From sequence record NC_041878.1: a DNA stretch of 64,000 nt; one strand, written 5' to 3'. A program made the position numbers and the translations under genes. The notes under the pieces are model-generated. The model was given only the letters and a program-made list of their open reading frames with translations, was not told where the DNA came from and did not search any database. Shown here piece after piece: positions 32,274-42,267 of this stretch. How positions within the stretch are numbered: the first letter of the stretch is position 1; the number at the start of each line of letters is the position of its first letter.

Positions 32274-32825
32274 ATGGGAACAAGAGCAATGAAACAAGAT
32301 TTATTCGCAATTAAGGCAGTAAAGGCAAAAGGATATGATATTCAAGAGTTGATTAAACTTGAAGATAAAGACCTAGACGCACTACCGTTGCCAGTAAAAC
32401 TAATTCAAGCGGTAAAAGAATATAAACTACGTGGTGGCAAGACTTCTGCACAAATCGCAGAAGAAATCGCACAAATCATGTTAGAGGAATCTCCAGTACT
32501 AGAAGATACTACTGTAGATCAAGCAGCTACGGAATATAAAACCAATACTGTAGAACAACAAGCAATCATTGAAGAAATTCAAAGTACTGTTGTTATTCCA
32601 GAAGATGAAGTTGAAATTATTCGTACTGAAAGTGCACAAGAAGATGTAGATATTATCGCTGCTGCACTAAAAGAAAAAGATTTTAAATCTTTTGCACCAT
32701 TCCTAAAACACCTAAAGAGTGCTGTTCCAGCACAAATTCTTTCAGCAGTTGATGGTACAAAAGTAAATGAGTTAATCGAACAGCGTATTGCTGAAGTTAA
32801 AGCTCAGAGCGAAAGTACTAAATAA
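32274..32825 (+). CDS. Hypothetical protein
   Basis: About 183 aa acidic helical ORF; start uncertain (32274 or 32289). Confidence 0.65.
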   Translation: MGTRAMKQDLFAIKAVKAKGYDIQELIKLEDKDLDALPLPVKLIQAVKEYKLRGGKTSAQIAEEIAQIMLEESPVLEDTTVDQAATEYKTNTVEQQAIIEEIQSTVVIPEDEVEIIRTESAQEDVDIIAAALKEKDFKSFAPFLKHLKSAVPAQILSAVDGTKVNELIEQRIAEVKAQSESTK

Positions 32826-32853
32826 TTCTATACTTTAATAGGAGATTTTAGTT

Positions 32854-33432
32854 ATGGCTCAAAAAGAAATTGCATTGATGCAAGTTCGCATGGGTAAACA
32901 ACGTGACTTACCATTAGCTCTTGAAAAAGGTCAAATCGGATTTAGTACGGATGTAGGTCGTGCATTTATCGGCCTACCGAGTACTTCTGACCCTGCTTCA
33001 ATTGTAGCTGGAAGAACATGGGAAAACGCCCCAAATTCTGGTAAAGAAAACGTAGAAATTATTACTGAGTTTACACCCTGGGAAATCATCAATAGCCTTG
33101 TTAACAAACCTTATAAAATCACTGTTCCGGCAAATGGTTCAACTACCATTAATATTCAAAGTACTTCACGTGCTTTCTTAGAATATATGGGTTATAGTAA
33201 TACTACTGGAAGTACATTACTAGAATCAGGTGCAGTTCAATTGGTCGTTAATAATGGAACAGTGTTAATTACACAGCAAAACAATACTAATAAATCAGAT
33301 GGTATAGCGGTTCTTGAATATCAAAACCCAGCATTTGATACAGGAACTAAGCGTATGGCAATTACTGTTAAGAACAGTTCTGCACAAGCTTGTACTGTTG
33401 AATTCATACTTCGCGGGTGGGATGCATTTTAA
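32854..33432 (+). CDS. Probable virion structural protein
   Basis: QVRMGKQRDLP.ALEKGQIGFSTDVGRAFIG resembles N-terminal motifs of phage fibre/baseplate proteins; AGGAG RBS; TAAATA upstream. Confidence 0.55.
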   Translation: MAQKEIALMQVRMGKQRDLPLALEKGQIGFSTDVGRAFIGLPSTSDPASIVAGRTWENAPNSGKENVEIITEFTPWEIINSLVNKPYKITVPANGSTTINIQSTSRAFLEYMGYSNTTGSTLLESGAVQLVVNNGTVLITQQNNTNKSDGIAVLEYQNPAFDTGTKRMAITVKNSSAQACTVEFILRGWDAF

Positions 33433-33449
33433 AGGCTCCCGCCTTTTTT
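33431..33449 (+). terminator. Intrinsic terminator
   Basis: AAAGGC-tccc-GCCTTT then TTT. Confidence 0.6.
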
Positions 33450-33507
33450 CGCCCCTTATAAATATAAAACTACGAATTTTAAGAAAAAACATTAACAAGG
33501 ATGTACG

Positions 33508-35838
33508 ATGATTAACGTTACTAAACGTAATGGTGCAAAGGAAGCACTTGACCTAGATAAAATCCATCAGATTTTATTTTTTGCATGTGAAGGTTTAACT
33601 GGCGTTTCAGTTTCCGAAATTGAAATGCGTTCACAACTTCAGTTCTTTGAAGGTATGAACACTCAGACTATTCATGACATTCTAATCAAAGCCGCTTCAG
33701 AACTAATTTCTGAAGAAACTCCTAATTACCAATATGTTGCTGGTAGATTGATTAACTATTCTCTACGTAAGCAAGTATATGGAAGTTATGAGCCAATAAA
33801 ATTTATTGACCATGTGAAGAAAGTAGTTCAATTAGGTAAGTACGATCCTGAAGTACTTGAGAAGTATACTACACATGAACTTGAAGAACTTGGTCGATAC
33901 ATCAAACATAAACGTGACGACAAATTCACTTTCGTTGCGATGAAACAATGGGAAGGTAAGTACTTAGTACAAAACCGTGCCAATGCTAAAAAAGGAATCG
34001 AAGGTAAAATCTTTGAAACTCCACAAATGGCATACATGATGATTGCAGCAATTGTATTCATCAATTATAAAGAAAACCGTATTCAATGGGTCAAGAAGTT
34101 CTATGATGCAATCAGTAACTTCGATATTAGTCTTCCAACTCCAATTATGGCTGGACTACGTACTAACACTCGCCAATTCAGTTCTTGCGTAGTTATGAAC
34201 GTTGGTGATAGTCTAGATAGCATCAGTGCTGGTAATACAGCAATTATGAAGTACATCTCTAAGAAAGCTGGTCTAGGTGTTAACTATGGTCGTGTTCGTG
34301 CAGTAGGTTCAGAAATCCGTGGTGGTGATGCAGTACATACTGGTTTGATTCCATTCCTACACGCAGTTGCTAAAACTGTTAAATCTTGTTCTCAAGGTGG
34401 TGTACGTGGTGGTGCAGCAACAGTTCACTTCCCATTGTGGCATTACGAGTTTGAAGATCTTGTGGTACTAAAGAATAACAAAGGTACAGAAGTATCTCGT
34501 GTTCGTCAGTTGGACTATTGTTTCCAAATTAATAAAACTTTCTATCAACGCTTGATTGAACGTAAAGATATTACTTTCTTCTCTCCAAGTGATGTTCCTG
34601 GTTTGTATGATGCATTCTGTGCTGACCAAGAAAAATTTGAAAAGCTGTACACTAAGTATGAAGCTGATCCAAATATTCGTAAGAAAACTATGCCAGCACT
34701 AGAAGTGTTCTCTCAGTTAATGAATGAACGTTCTGAAACTGGACGTATCTATATCCAGAATATTGATTTAGTTAATGAACACTCACCATTTGATCCTTCG
34801 GTTGCACCGATTGAACAAAGTAACCTATGTCAAGAAATCGCACTACCTTCTGTGCCATTCGAAGACGTAAAAGATGATGAAAATGGTTTAATCAGTCTCT
34901 GTACTTTAGCAGCAATCAATTGGGGTAATTTCGATTCTCCAGAAGAAATGCAAGAAGCTTGTGAATTGTCTGTACGTGCATTAGATGCCTTACTAGACTA
35001 TCAGGAGTACCCTGTAATCCACGCAGAACGAGCTACAAAGGCTTATCGCCCACTAGGTGTAGGTATCATCAACTTAGCTTACTTCCTAGCTAAACGTGGT
35101 CTACGCTACGATGATGGGGCATTGGCGACTATTAACGAGTGGTCTGAAGCATGGTCTTACTATTTGATTAAAGCATCAGTACAACTTGCTAAAGAGCAAG
35201 GTCGTTGTGAAAAATTTGAAAATCTACGCTATGCGAAAGGTATTCTACCAATCGATAACTACAAGAAAAGTATTGATTCACTTGTCGGTACTGAATTGAA
35301 GATGGATTGGGAAGGTCTACGTGCTGAAATTGCAGAACATGGTATCCGTAACGCTACAACAATGGCATTAATGCCAGCGGAAACATCTGCACAGATTAGT
35401 AACAGTACTAACGGTATTGAACCACCACGTAACCTAGTTTCTATCAAAGCATCGAAAGATGGTATTTTGAAACAAGTTGTACCTGAGATTGGTAAACTTA
35501 AAAACAAATACACACTACTTTGGGAACAAACTACAAATGATGGTTATATCAAAATTTGTGGTGTACTTCAAAAGTACATTGATCAAAGTATAAGTGCAAA
35601 CACTAGTTACAATCCTGAAAGATATCCTAATAAGAAGTTATCAATGGAAGTGTTACTAGGTGATATTCTTAAAGCTTACAAGTACGGCCTTAAAAACTTA
35701 TACTATATGAACACCAACGATGGTTCAGGTGAAGTAGATTTGGACAAACTTGAGGGTGAGAAAAAAGAAAAAGGAATCGTAGTACTACTTCCTCCTATGG
35801 AAGCTGATGATGACGATTGCGATAGTTGTAAGATTTAA
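33508..35838 (+). CDS. nrdA: Ribonucleotide reductase class Ia alpha subunit
   Basis: ATP cone INVTKRNG, PTPIMAG, QFSSC, SNLCQE, MPAETS, C-terminal CDSCKI. Confidence 0.97.
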   Translation: MINVTKRNGAKEALDLDKIHQILFFACEGLTGVSVSEIEMRSQLQFFEGMNTQTIHDILIKAASELISEETPNYQYVAGRLINYSLRKQVYGSYEPIKFIDHVKKVVQLGKYDPEVLEKYTTHELEELGRYIKHKRDDKFTFVAMKQWEGKYLVQNRANAKKGIEGKIFETPQMAYMMIAAIVFINYKENRIQWVKKFYDAISNFDISLPTPIMAGLRTNTRQFSSCVVMNVGDSLDSISAGNTAIMKYISKKAGLGVNYGRVRAVGSEIRGGDAVHTGLIPFLHAVAKTVKSCSQGGVRGGAATVHFPLWHYEFEDLVVLKNNKGTEVSRVRQLDYCFQINKTFYQRLIERKDITFFSPSDVPGLYDAFCADQEKFEKLYTKYEADPNIRKKTMPALEVFSQLMNERSETGRIYIQNIDLVNEHSPFDPSVAPIEQSNLCQEIALPSVPFEDVKDDENGLISLCTLAAINWGNFDSPEEMQEACELSVRALDALLDYQEYPVIHAERATKAYRPLGVGIINLAYFLAKRGLRYDDGALATINEWSEAWSYYLIKASVQLAKEQGRCEKFENLRYAKGILPIDNYKKSIDSLVGTELKMDWEGLRAEIAEHGIRNATTMALMPAETSAQISNSTNGIEPPRNLVSIKASKDGILKQVVPEIGKLKNKYTLLWEQTTNDGYIKICGVLQKYIDQSISANTSYNPERYPNKKLSMEVLLGDILKAYKYGLKNLYYMNTNDGSGEVDLDKLEGEKKEKGIVVLLPPMEADDDDCDSCKI

Positions 35839-35843
35839 TAATG

Positions 35844-35867
35844 ATCCCGTCTATGACGGGATTTTTT
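35844..35867 (+). terminator. Intrinsic terminator
   Basis: ATCCCGTC-tat-GACGGGAT then T-run. Confidence 0.75.
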
Positions 35868-35880
35868 ATCAGGATTGTAA

Positions 35881-36654
35881 ATGAAAGTAGATTATACAAA
35901 ACCAATGGATTTGGATTTTATCGAAGAATTTTGGGAAGATTTAGATATGAATCAAGTCATTCAATATCAAAAATTACCACAAGATTTTATCGAAAAACAT
36001 TTTGACAGACTTGAACCTAATGCATTAGTTCGTTATCAAAAAATGACAATGAATTTTATAAAAGAAAAATGGGAATGGTTTAACAAAAATGTAATCGCAC
36101 AATATGTAGTAATGCCTATAGAATGGATTAAAGAAAAGTGGACTGATTTTCAATCCACTGCCATTGAAACGATTACTAAGTATCAAACATTGACTCAAGA
36201 TTTTATCAGAGAAAAATGGGATCAAATGATTGCATTTTCTGATAAAGTGGCACAACAAATAAGTCGTTATCAAACAATGGCGGTTGACTTTATTAAAGAG
36301 AAGTGGGAATATCTGGACAAAAATTACATTTCAAAATACCAAAAACTTACAGTAGACTTTATTAAAGAAAAATGGTCAGAGTTAAGTATTGCCGCAATTG
36401 CTACTTATCAAATCATCGAAGATTCAGTGCGTGATTTACTAGGTCTTCAACCACCAGCAAAAACAATAACTGGTGCACAAATTCTGGCACTAGACCCATG
36501 TGAGGATGGTATGGTACGTTATCATGCACATACTCCAAATGATAGTACTGTTCTGACTTGGAACCAACTATTAGAACTACACAATACCTCCAAAGATGGT
36601 CAGCGTGATATTCACTGGTTATCATGGAAACTTGGAAAAAAGATTAACACATAA
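35881..36654 (+). CDS. Tandem-repeat (Trp-containing helical repeat) protein
   Basis: About 7 units of YQxL/MxxDFIxEKW at 23-29 aa period, plus a distinct C-terminal domain (LALDPCEDG). Confidence 0.75.
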   Translation: MKVDYTKPMDLDFIEEFWEDLDMNQVIQYQKLPQDFIEKHFDRLEPNALVRYQKMTMNFIKEKWEWFNKNVIAQYVVMPIEWIKEKWTDFQSTAIETITKYQTLTQDFIREKWDQMIAFSDKVAQQISRYQTMAVDFIKEKWEYLDKNYISKYQKLTVDFIKEKWSELSIAAIATYQIIEDSVRDLLGLQPPAKTITGAQILALDPCEDGMVRYHAHTPNDSTVLTWNQLLELHNTSKDGQRDIHWLSWKLGKKINT

Positions 36655-36663
36655 GGATATATA

Positions 36664-37785
36664 ATGTCAGTATTTAAAAAGAATGAAATCTCCCATCTAA
36701 TGAAAAACATGTTCTTAGATGAGTCGGTTGACATTCAACGTTATGACGCTGTAAAATACTCACCATTTGAAAAAATGACTGAGAACCACCAAAGTTTCTT
36801 TTGGCGTCCACAAGAAGTTGACCTTTCTAAAGACCGTATTGATTTTAAAGGTCTACAAGATCATGAACGTCACATTTTTACTTCTAACTTAAAACGCCAA
36901 ATTCTTCTTGATTCAGTACAGGGTCGTGGGCCAAACTTAGCACTACTACCAATTGCATCTCTACCAGAGATTGAATCATTCATTGAAACATGGGCTTTCT
37001 TCGAAAGTATTCACAGCCGTTCATATACGCACATTATTCGTAACGTGTACCCAAATCCATCAGAAGTATTTGACACAATGTTAGATATTCCTGAAATTAC
37101 ATCATGTGCAGAAGACATTGCGAAGTACTATGATGAACTAGATGATTATGTTCTAAAATATCGTCTACTTGGCGAAGGTACTCATGTAATTAATGGTGAA
37201 GAAATTGTTGTTGATATGTATGAGCTAAAGAAAAAACTATGGCTATGTATCAACAGTATTAATATTCTAGAAGGTATTCGCTTCTATGTTTCATTTGCTT
37301 GTTCTTGGAGTTTTGCAGAGAACGAAAAAATGGAAGGTAACGCAAAAATCATCCGTCTAATTTGTCGTGATGAAAACATTCACTTAGGTGCAACGCAAAT
37401 GATGCTACGCCTAATGAAAAAAGAAGATCCAGATTTTGCTAAAATTGCAGAAGAATGTCATGAAGAAGTGCAACAGATGTTCATGGATGCAATCAAGCAA
37501 GAAGAAGAATGGGCTGACTATCTATTCAAAGATGGTTCCATCATTGGTCTAAATGCTACCATTCTAAAACAATATGTTCGTTGGATTGGTTGCAAACGTA
37601 TGAGTGCAGTAGGTATTAAATGTCCTTACAGTATCAGCCAAAACAATCCTCTACCGTGGACTGTAAGTTGGATTGCAAGTGCAGACGTACAGGTTGCACC
37701 ACAAGAAACTGAAATTAGTTCTTACCTAATCGGTGGTGTAGAGAACGATATTTCCGAAGAATCATTCTTTGGATTCGAACTTTAA
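36664..37785 (+). CDS. nrdB: Ribonucleotide reductase class Ia beta subunit
   Basis: FWRPQEVD, ESIHSRSY, EGIRFY, RDENIH. Confidence 0.97.
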   Translation: MSVFKKNEISHLMKNMFLDESVDIQRYDAVKYSPFEKMTENHQSFFWRPQEVDLSKDRIDFKGLQDHERHIFTSNLKRQILLDSVQGRGPNLALLPIASLPEIESFIETWAFFESIHSRSYTHIIRNVYPNPSEVFDTMLDIPEITSCAEDIAKYYDELDDYVLKYRLLGEGTHVINGEEIVVDMYELKKKLWLCINSINILEGIRFYVSFACSWSFAENEKMEGNAKIIRLICRDENIHLGATQMMLRLMKKEDPDFAKIAEECHEEVQQMFMDAIKQEEEWADYLFKDGSIIGLNATILKQYVRWIGCKRMSAVGIKCPYSISQNNPLPWTVSWIASADVQVAPQETEISSYLIGGVENDISEESFFGFEL

Positions 37786-37788
37786 TAC

Positions 37789-37809
37789 AGGAGGCTTTGC
37801 CTCCTTTTT
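37789..37809 (+). terminator. Intrinsic terminator
   Basis: AGGAGGC-ttt-GCCTCCT then TTTT. Confidence 0.7.
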
Positions 37810-37823
37810 CATGGATGAAATAA

Positions 37824-38012
37824 ATGTACCCACAAATTACAGAAATTTTTACATTTGACGAATCATACATATATCAATTTATTCTACTTGGTGGAATTAC
37901 CCTTGAAGGTGCAGTGATTGATGCTCGTGATGATGGAATTGTACTAAATGGTCTTCAACATATTCCTACTGACAAAATATTATATTTTGTTCCATTAAAA
38001 AAGTTAGAATAA
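37824..38012 (+). CDS. Small hypothetical protein
   Basis: 62 aa, beta-barrel-like pattern, GGA RBS. Confidence 0.5.
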   Translation: MYPQITEIFTFDESYIYQFILLGGITLEGAVIDARDDGIVLNGLQHIPTDKILYFVPLKKLE

Positions 38013-38014
38013 TA

Positions 38015-38043
38015 TGAAACGCCAAAATAAAATATGGTATAAT
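38015..38043 (+). promoter_or_regulatory. Putative middle-class promoter
   Basis: TGAAAC-17bp-TATAAT with TGG extension. Confidence 0.75.
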
Positions 38044-38072
38044 GTACTCGTTAACAGAAAAAGGAAACCGAA

Positions 38073-38306
38073 ATGAATAACAATGAACTAAACGATATGG
38101 TAGAGAAAAACATTGAAGCAGCAGAAGACGTAACTGGTTACGAAATGACTGAACAAGACCTTGAATATACTCGTCAGATGATTGCTCGTCTATCCAACTT
38201 CTATATGAAGAAAGATGCTGATAAAGCTGAAAAACGTAAAATCAAAGCTAAGCGTCGTGCAGCTAATAAAGTAGCTCGTAAGGCACGTCGCACCAACCGT
38301 AAGTAA
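38073..38306 (+). CDS. Small protein with acidic N-terminus and very basic C-terminus
   Basis: KKDADKAEKRKIKAKRRAANKVARKARRTNRK tail; AGGA RBS; own promoter. Confidence 0.7.
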   Translation: MNNNELNDMVEKNIEAAEDVTGYEMTEQDLEYTRQMIARLSNFYMKKDADKAEKRKIKAKRRAANKVARKARRTNRK

Positions 38307-38317
38307 TAGGACACATT

Positions 38318-38698
38318 ATGCAGTACTCATTTGAAAAAGTCAAAGAAAACTATCCAAAGCGTACTTATCGCAGCAAACGCTCTTTAAAGAAAATGCATCT
38401 TAAAGAGTACGCTGAAACAATAGTAAGCATTAATTTGTTAGCTGATGTTTTCTTCTCAGCAAATGAAAACAAACTTCTTGATGCTATGTATGAATTTGAT
38501 AGTAATATGTTTGTATGTAGTTCAGTAAACGATGGTACTAACGTCATTTTCTATATGCCAACGGCTGATTTTTCTTTTGAATATGTCGAAAAGTACTGCA
38601 ATGATTTACTATTGGTTCTTTCAAATATTGAACCAACATTTGCAGAAATTGAAAGCATCGCTGTTCAATACGGTGATGCATATTATGGAGAATGGTAA
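38318..38698 (+). CDS. Hypothetical protein
   Basis: 126 aa, AGGA RBS. Confidence 0.65.
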   Translation: MQYSFEKVKENYPKRTYRSKRSLKKMHLKEYAETIVSINLLADVFFSANENKLLDAMYEFDSNMFVCSSVNDGTNVIFYMPTADFSFEYVEKYCNDLLLVLSNIEPTFAEIESIAVQYGDAYYGEW

Positions 38699-39414
38699 TG
38701 ACTACCGAAGCAGTAACTACGAAGGATCAATTTAACGCAGTTGTAGAATTTATGACTGTAGCTGGACAAGAAGTTAACAGTACTTTTACTGAACCAACAA
38801 CTAAAGTTGGTAATTTCCGCCTCGCTCTAATTAAAGAAGAAATGCAAGGTGCTAATGAACTTTTTGATTCAATTCAGAATGACAACATGGAAATGATTCT
38901 GGATGGTATTTGCGATGTACTATATGTTGCATATGGTGCATATGCTACTTTCGGTATTGAACCTGTTGAATACGTAATTAGTCCACAAGATGACAGTACT
39001 TCTAAATTAATGACTATGAGTTATGCATCTACTGCAATGAAACATGTTGTTGATGGTTATGAGCAAACCAACCGTGGGCTACTTTTTGGTGATGAAATTA
39101 CTATTCAGAAAGGTTTGAATAATATTGTTCTTAGTTGTTTGCAAATTGCATTGGCCCATAATATGGATGTTATTGGTGCTTTTAAAGAAGTCCATGAATC
39201 TAATATGAGTAAGTTCTGTTCTAGTGCTGAGGAATGTGAACAAAGTATTGCACAACGTCAAACTGAAGGTAAAGCTGATTATATTGGTGCTGCTGGATTT
39301 GAAGTTCGTGTTGGTGATACTTCCTATTTTGTAATTCGTCGTGCTAAAGATGGTAAAGTTCTAAAAGGTACTAACTTCTTTGAACCGGATTTGACCAAGT
39401 TTATTAATGCATAA
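38698..39414 (+). CDS. MazG-like NTP pyrophosphohydrolase (DR2231-like)
   Basis: LIKEE...ELFD...DGICDVLYVAYG, EVHESNMSK, RAKDGKVLKG..FFEPDL; start at 38698 (TAATG, GGAG 38687). Confidence 0.8.
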   Translation: MTTEAVTTKDQFNAVVEFMTVAGQEVNSTFTEPTTKVGNFRLALIKEEMQGANELFDSIQNDNMEMILDGICDVLYVAYGAYATFGIEPVEYVISPQDDSTSKLMTMSYASTAMKHVVDGYEQTNRGLLFGDEITIQKGLNNIVLSCLQIALAHNMDVIGAFKEVHESNMSKFCSSAEECEQSIAQRQTEGKADYIGAAGFEVRVGDTSYFVIRRAKDGKVLKGTNFFEPDLTKFINA

Positions 39415-39437
39415 AAAAGGGAGCGTAAGCTCCCTTT
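39413..39437. terminator. Bidirectional terminator
   Basis: A6-GGGAGC-gtaa-GCTCCC-TTT between convergent genes. Confidence 0.75.
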
Positions 39438-40089
39438 ATGCTTTTACAAGTGGTTGAATACTTGCAATGTATGGTCGTAATTTATTAACTAGATCTTGTA
39501 CTTGAAGGTTATCGTATTCCGAGCCTAAAGTAATCATTACATATCCTACAACACCAACATCGATGTTTTGTATGATAGGTATTGAGACTACGCTTTTATA
39601 CTTTGAACCAATTTTTTTGTATCTCTCACAAGAATAAAGTTGTGCGGTATCAAAACGGTTTTCACATAAAAGTTGAATAGTTGCAATGTTTTCGTAATGA
39701 ACATTATTCAAAAGAATTTCTTGAATGTTGTTAGTACCATCTACCATCGGAACGACTGTGCTATCATTAGGTAATTTAGTGCCATCACTGGTTTCAGAAG
39801 TTACATTTACTTGACCAGTATACAATGATGTTCCCTTATCCGGTACGAACTTATACAGGACTACAGAAGATATATCAGGAAAATGAACAATCATTTTTCT
39901 GAATTCCATATTAATACTTTCAACACTTTGAGTCTCAAGTGTCTGAGAAGATAATATGGGATGCCCTTCTACTTCTGCTTTAACTGTAATATTATTAGAG
40001 TTAATCAGAACGAACAATCCAAGTACGAAACACGCAACAATAGAAAGTAGTCTTTTTAAGATAGAAAGATTTCCTTTACGATTAAACAT
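39436..40089 (-). CDS. T4 T-like holin paralogue (single TMD plus periplasmic GAF-like domain)
   Basis: TM LLSIVACFVLGLFVLI; SVVLYKFVPDK, EILLNNVHY, SVVSIP...VGYVMI parallel T4 T motifs SAVYSFRPKN, HLNGRHY, YMYSCP...AGTITM (recalled). Confidence 0.5.
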   Translation of the reverse strand: MFNRKGNLSILKRLLSIVACFVLGLFVLINSNNITVKAEVEGHPILSSQTLETQSVESINMEFRKMIVHFPDISSVVLYKFVPDKGTSLYTGQVNVTSETSDGTKLPNDSTVVPMVDGTNNIQEILLNNVHYENIATIQLLCENRFDTAQLYSCERYKKIGSKYKSVVSIPIIQNIDVGVVGYVMITLGSEYDNLQVQDLVNKLRPYIASIQPLVKA

Positions 40090-40100
40090 GTTTACTCTCC

Positions 40101-40841
<741 letters not shown>

Positions 40842-40885
40842 TTATATACATATTTACCGCAAGACTATCAAAATCAGCAAAAAAC

Positions 40886-40914
40886 TGAAACAGCTTGGAA
40901 TATTATGATATAAT
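40886..40914 (+). promoter_or_regulatory. Putative middle-class promoter
   Basis: TGAAAC-17bp-TATAAT with TGA extension. Confidence 0.75.
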
Positions 40915-40943
40915 TACCAAAGATAACGAACAAAAGAGCGTTT

Positions 40944-41318
40944 ATGATTACCACTATTTATAATATACTAGCACTAATTATTTCTTTCATAATAATTACT
41001 GTTGGTGCACCAATTTACGTTTCGATATGGTACACAGTACTTTGTGTCGGAGCGTTAAGCATTACTATGCTAATACGTCGTGTAGTAAATGATTATCCAT
41101 TAGTTACCTCTAAACAAAAAGAAGGTATCGAGATTGTATTCGGAGAAGAATATAATGAGAGAATGTTAAATTACATTGGCTCTTATCTTGCACATACTAT
41201 CTTAATTTTGACATTAACCGGTAATTTTCCATTGGTTATTGCCATAACTGGAGTTTTAATTGTACGACTACTTATTGCAGTACCGACGCACAATAAAGTA
41301 AAGGAATACAGAAAATGA
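40944..41318 (+). CDS. Membrane protein (about 4 TM segments)
   Basis: Long hydrophobic stretches in a 124 aa ORF. Confidence 0.65.
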   Translation: MITTIYNILALIISFIIITVGAPIYVSIWYTVLCVGALSITMLIRRVVNDYPLVTSKQKEGIEIVFGEEYNERMLNYIGSYLAHTILILTLTGNFPLVIAITGVLIVRLLIAVPTHNKVKEYRK

Positions 41319-41833
41319 ATAAAATGATTTTATGTACTGATTCTAAACATGGAATCGGCAAAGACGGATCTATTCCGTGGCACAGTACTGAAGACTTCAA
41401 ACACTTCAAAGCAGAAACCGTTGGTCATAAAGTTCTCATGGGATATAAAACTTGGGAAAGCCTACCACGTAAACCGTTACCAGACCGTTTGAATATTGTA
41501 GTCACATCACGTACAGTATCTGATGATATTATCAATCAACACAGAGATGTTATCTTTATTCATAAGAATAGTCTAGTTGACTTTCTTCGTTATAATGATA
41601 ATATTATCGTTATTGGTGGAAGTACTATCTATGAAACAGCGTTGCCATATGTTGACCAAATCATTCTAAGTCAAATTGAAGGTGATTATGAATGTGATAC
41701 CTTCTTTGATATTAATTCATCTGGTGTGGTATTCGCTCCAGTTTCAATGAAAGAACTAGACGATGGTATTACTGTAACTTATCTGAATCGCGTTCCTCGT
41801 TTTGTCGATTCCCCTGAAATACGGTGGATCTAA
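41315..41833 (+). CDS. frd: Dihydrofolate reductase
   Basis: GIGKDGSIPW..EDFKHFK, MGYKTWES, PLPDRLNIV, IGGSTIY, ECDTFF. Confidence 0.96.
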   Translation: MNKMILCTDSKHGIGKDGSIPWHSTEDFKHFKAETVGHKVLMGYKTWESLPRKPLPDRLNIVVTSRTVSDDIINQHRDVIFIHKNSLVDFLRYNDNIIVIGGSTIYETALPYVDQIILSQIEGDYECDTFFDINSSGVVFAPVSMKELDDGITVTYLNRVPRFVDSPEIRWI

Positions 41834-42267
41834 TGCAAGTACATTGTGATGGATCATGTTTAGGAAATCCAGGGCCAGGAGGCGTTGGTATTGTAATTGT
41901 CAAAGACGATGTAGTACTTCACCAATTATCGTTCGGTGAGAAACACACCACAAACAATATCATGGAATTAACAGCAACGATTGCTGCTATTTCCTATATT
42001 CGTACTGAATTGAATTATGACGGTACTATAGAAATTTATACTGATTCCAATTATGTTGTTCAGGGTATGAACTCATGGCGACATAACTGGAAGAAGAAAA
42101 ACTGGAAAACTTCTAAAGGTAAACCAGTTGAGAATCTTGAATTCTGGCAACTGCTGGATGAGATTGGAAATGAATGCACATATACTCATGAGTATGGACA
42201 CTCAGGAAATGTGTATAATGAAATGGCAGATGTGTTAGCCAAAGCTGCCGCAAGGGAGATGAAATGA
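41833..42267 (+). CDS. rnhA: Ribonuclease HI
   Basis: CDGSCLGNPGPGG, TNNIMEL, YTDSNY, GHSGNVYNEMAD; ATG 41833 in TAATG overlap. Confidence 0.95.
   Translation: MQVHCDGSCLGNPGPGGVGIVIVKDDVVLHQLSFGEKHTTNNIMELTATIAAISYIRTELNYDGTIEIYTDSNYVVQGMNSWRHNWKKKNWKTSKGKPVENLEFWQLLDEIGNECTYTHEYGHSGNVYNEMADVLAKAAAREMK

Noticed and set aside
35881-36654. Homing endonuclease between nrdA and nrdB
   Set aside because: No HNH, GIY-YIG or LAGLIDADG motif; the ORF is a helical repeat protein
38698-39414. MazZ/PurZ (2-aminoadenine) genome pathway
   Set aside because: No PurZ or DatZ-like HD gene in the window, and the MazG-like protein has DR2231-type motifs; this cannot be excluded for the rest of the genome
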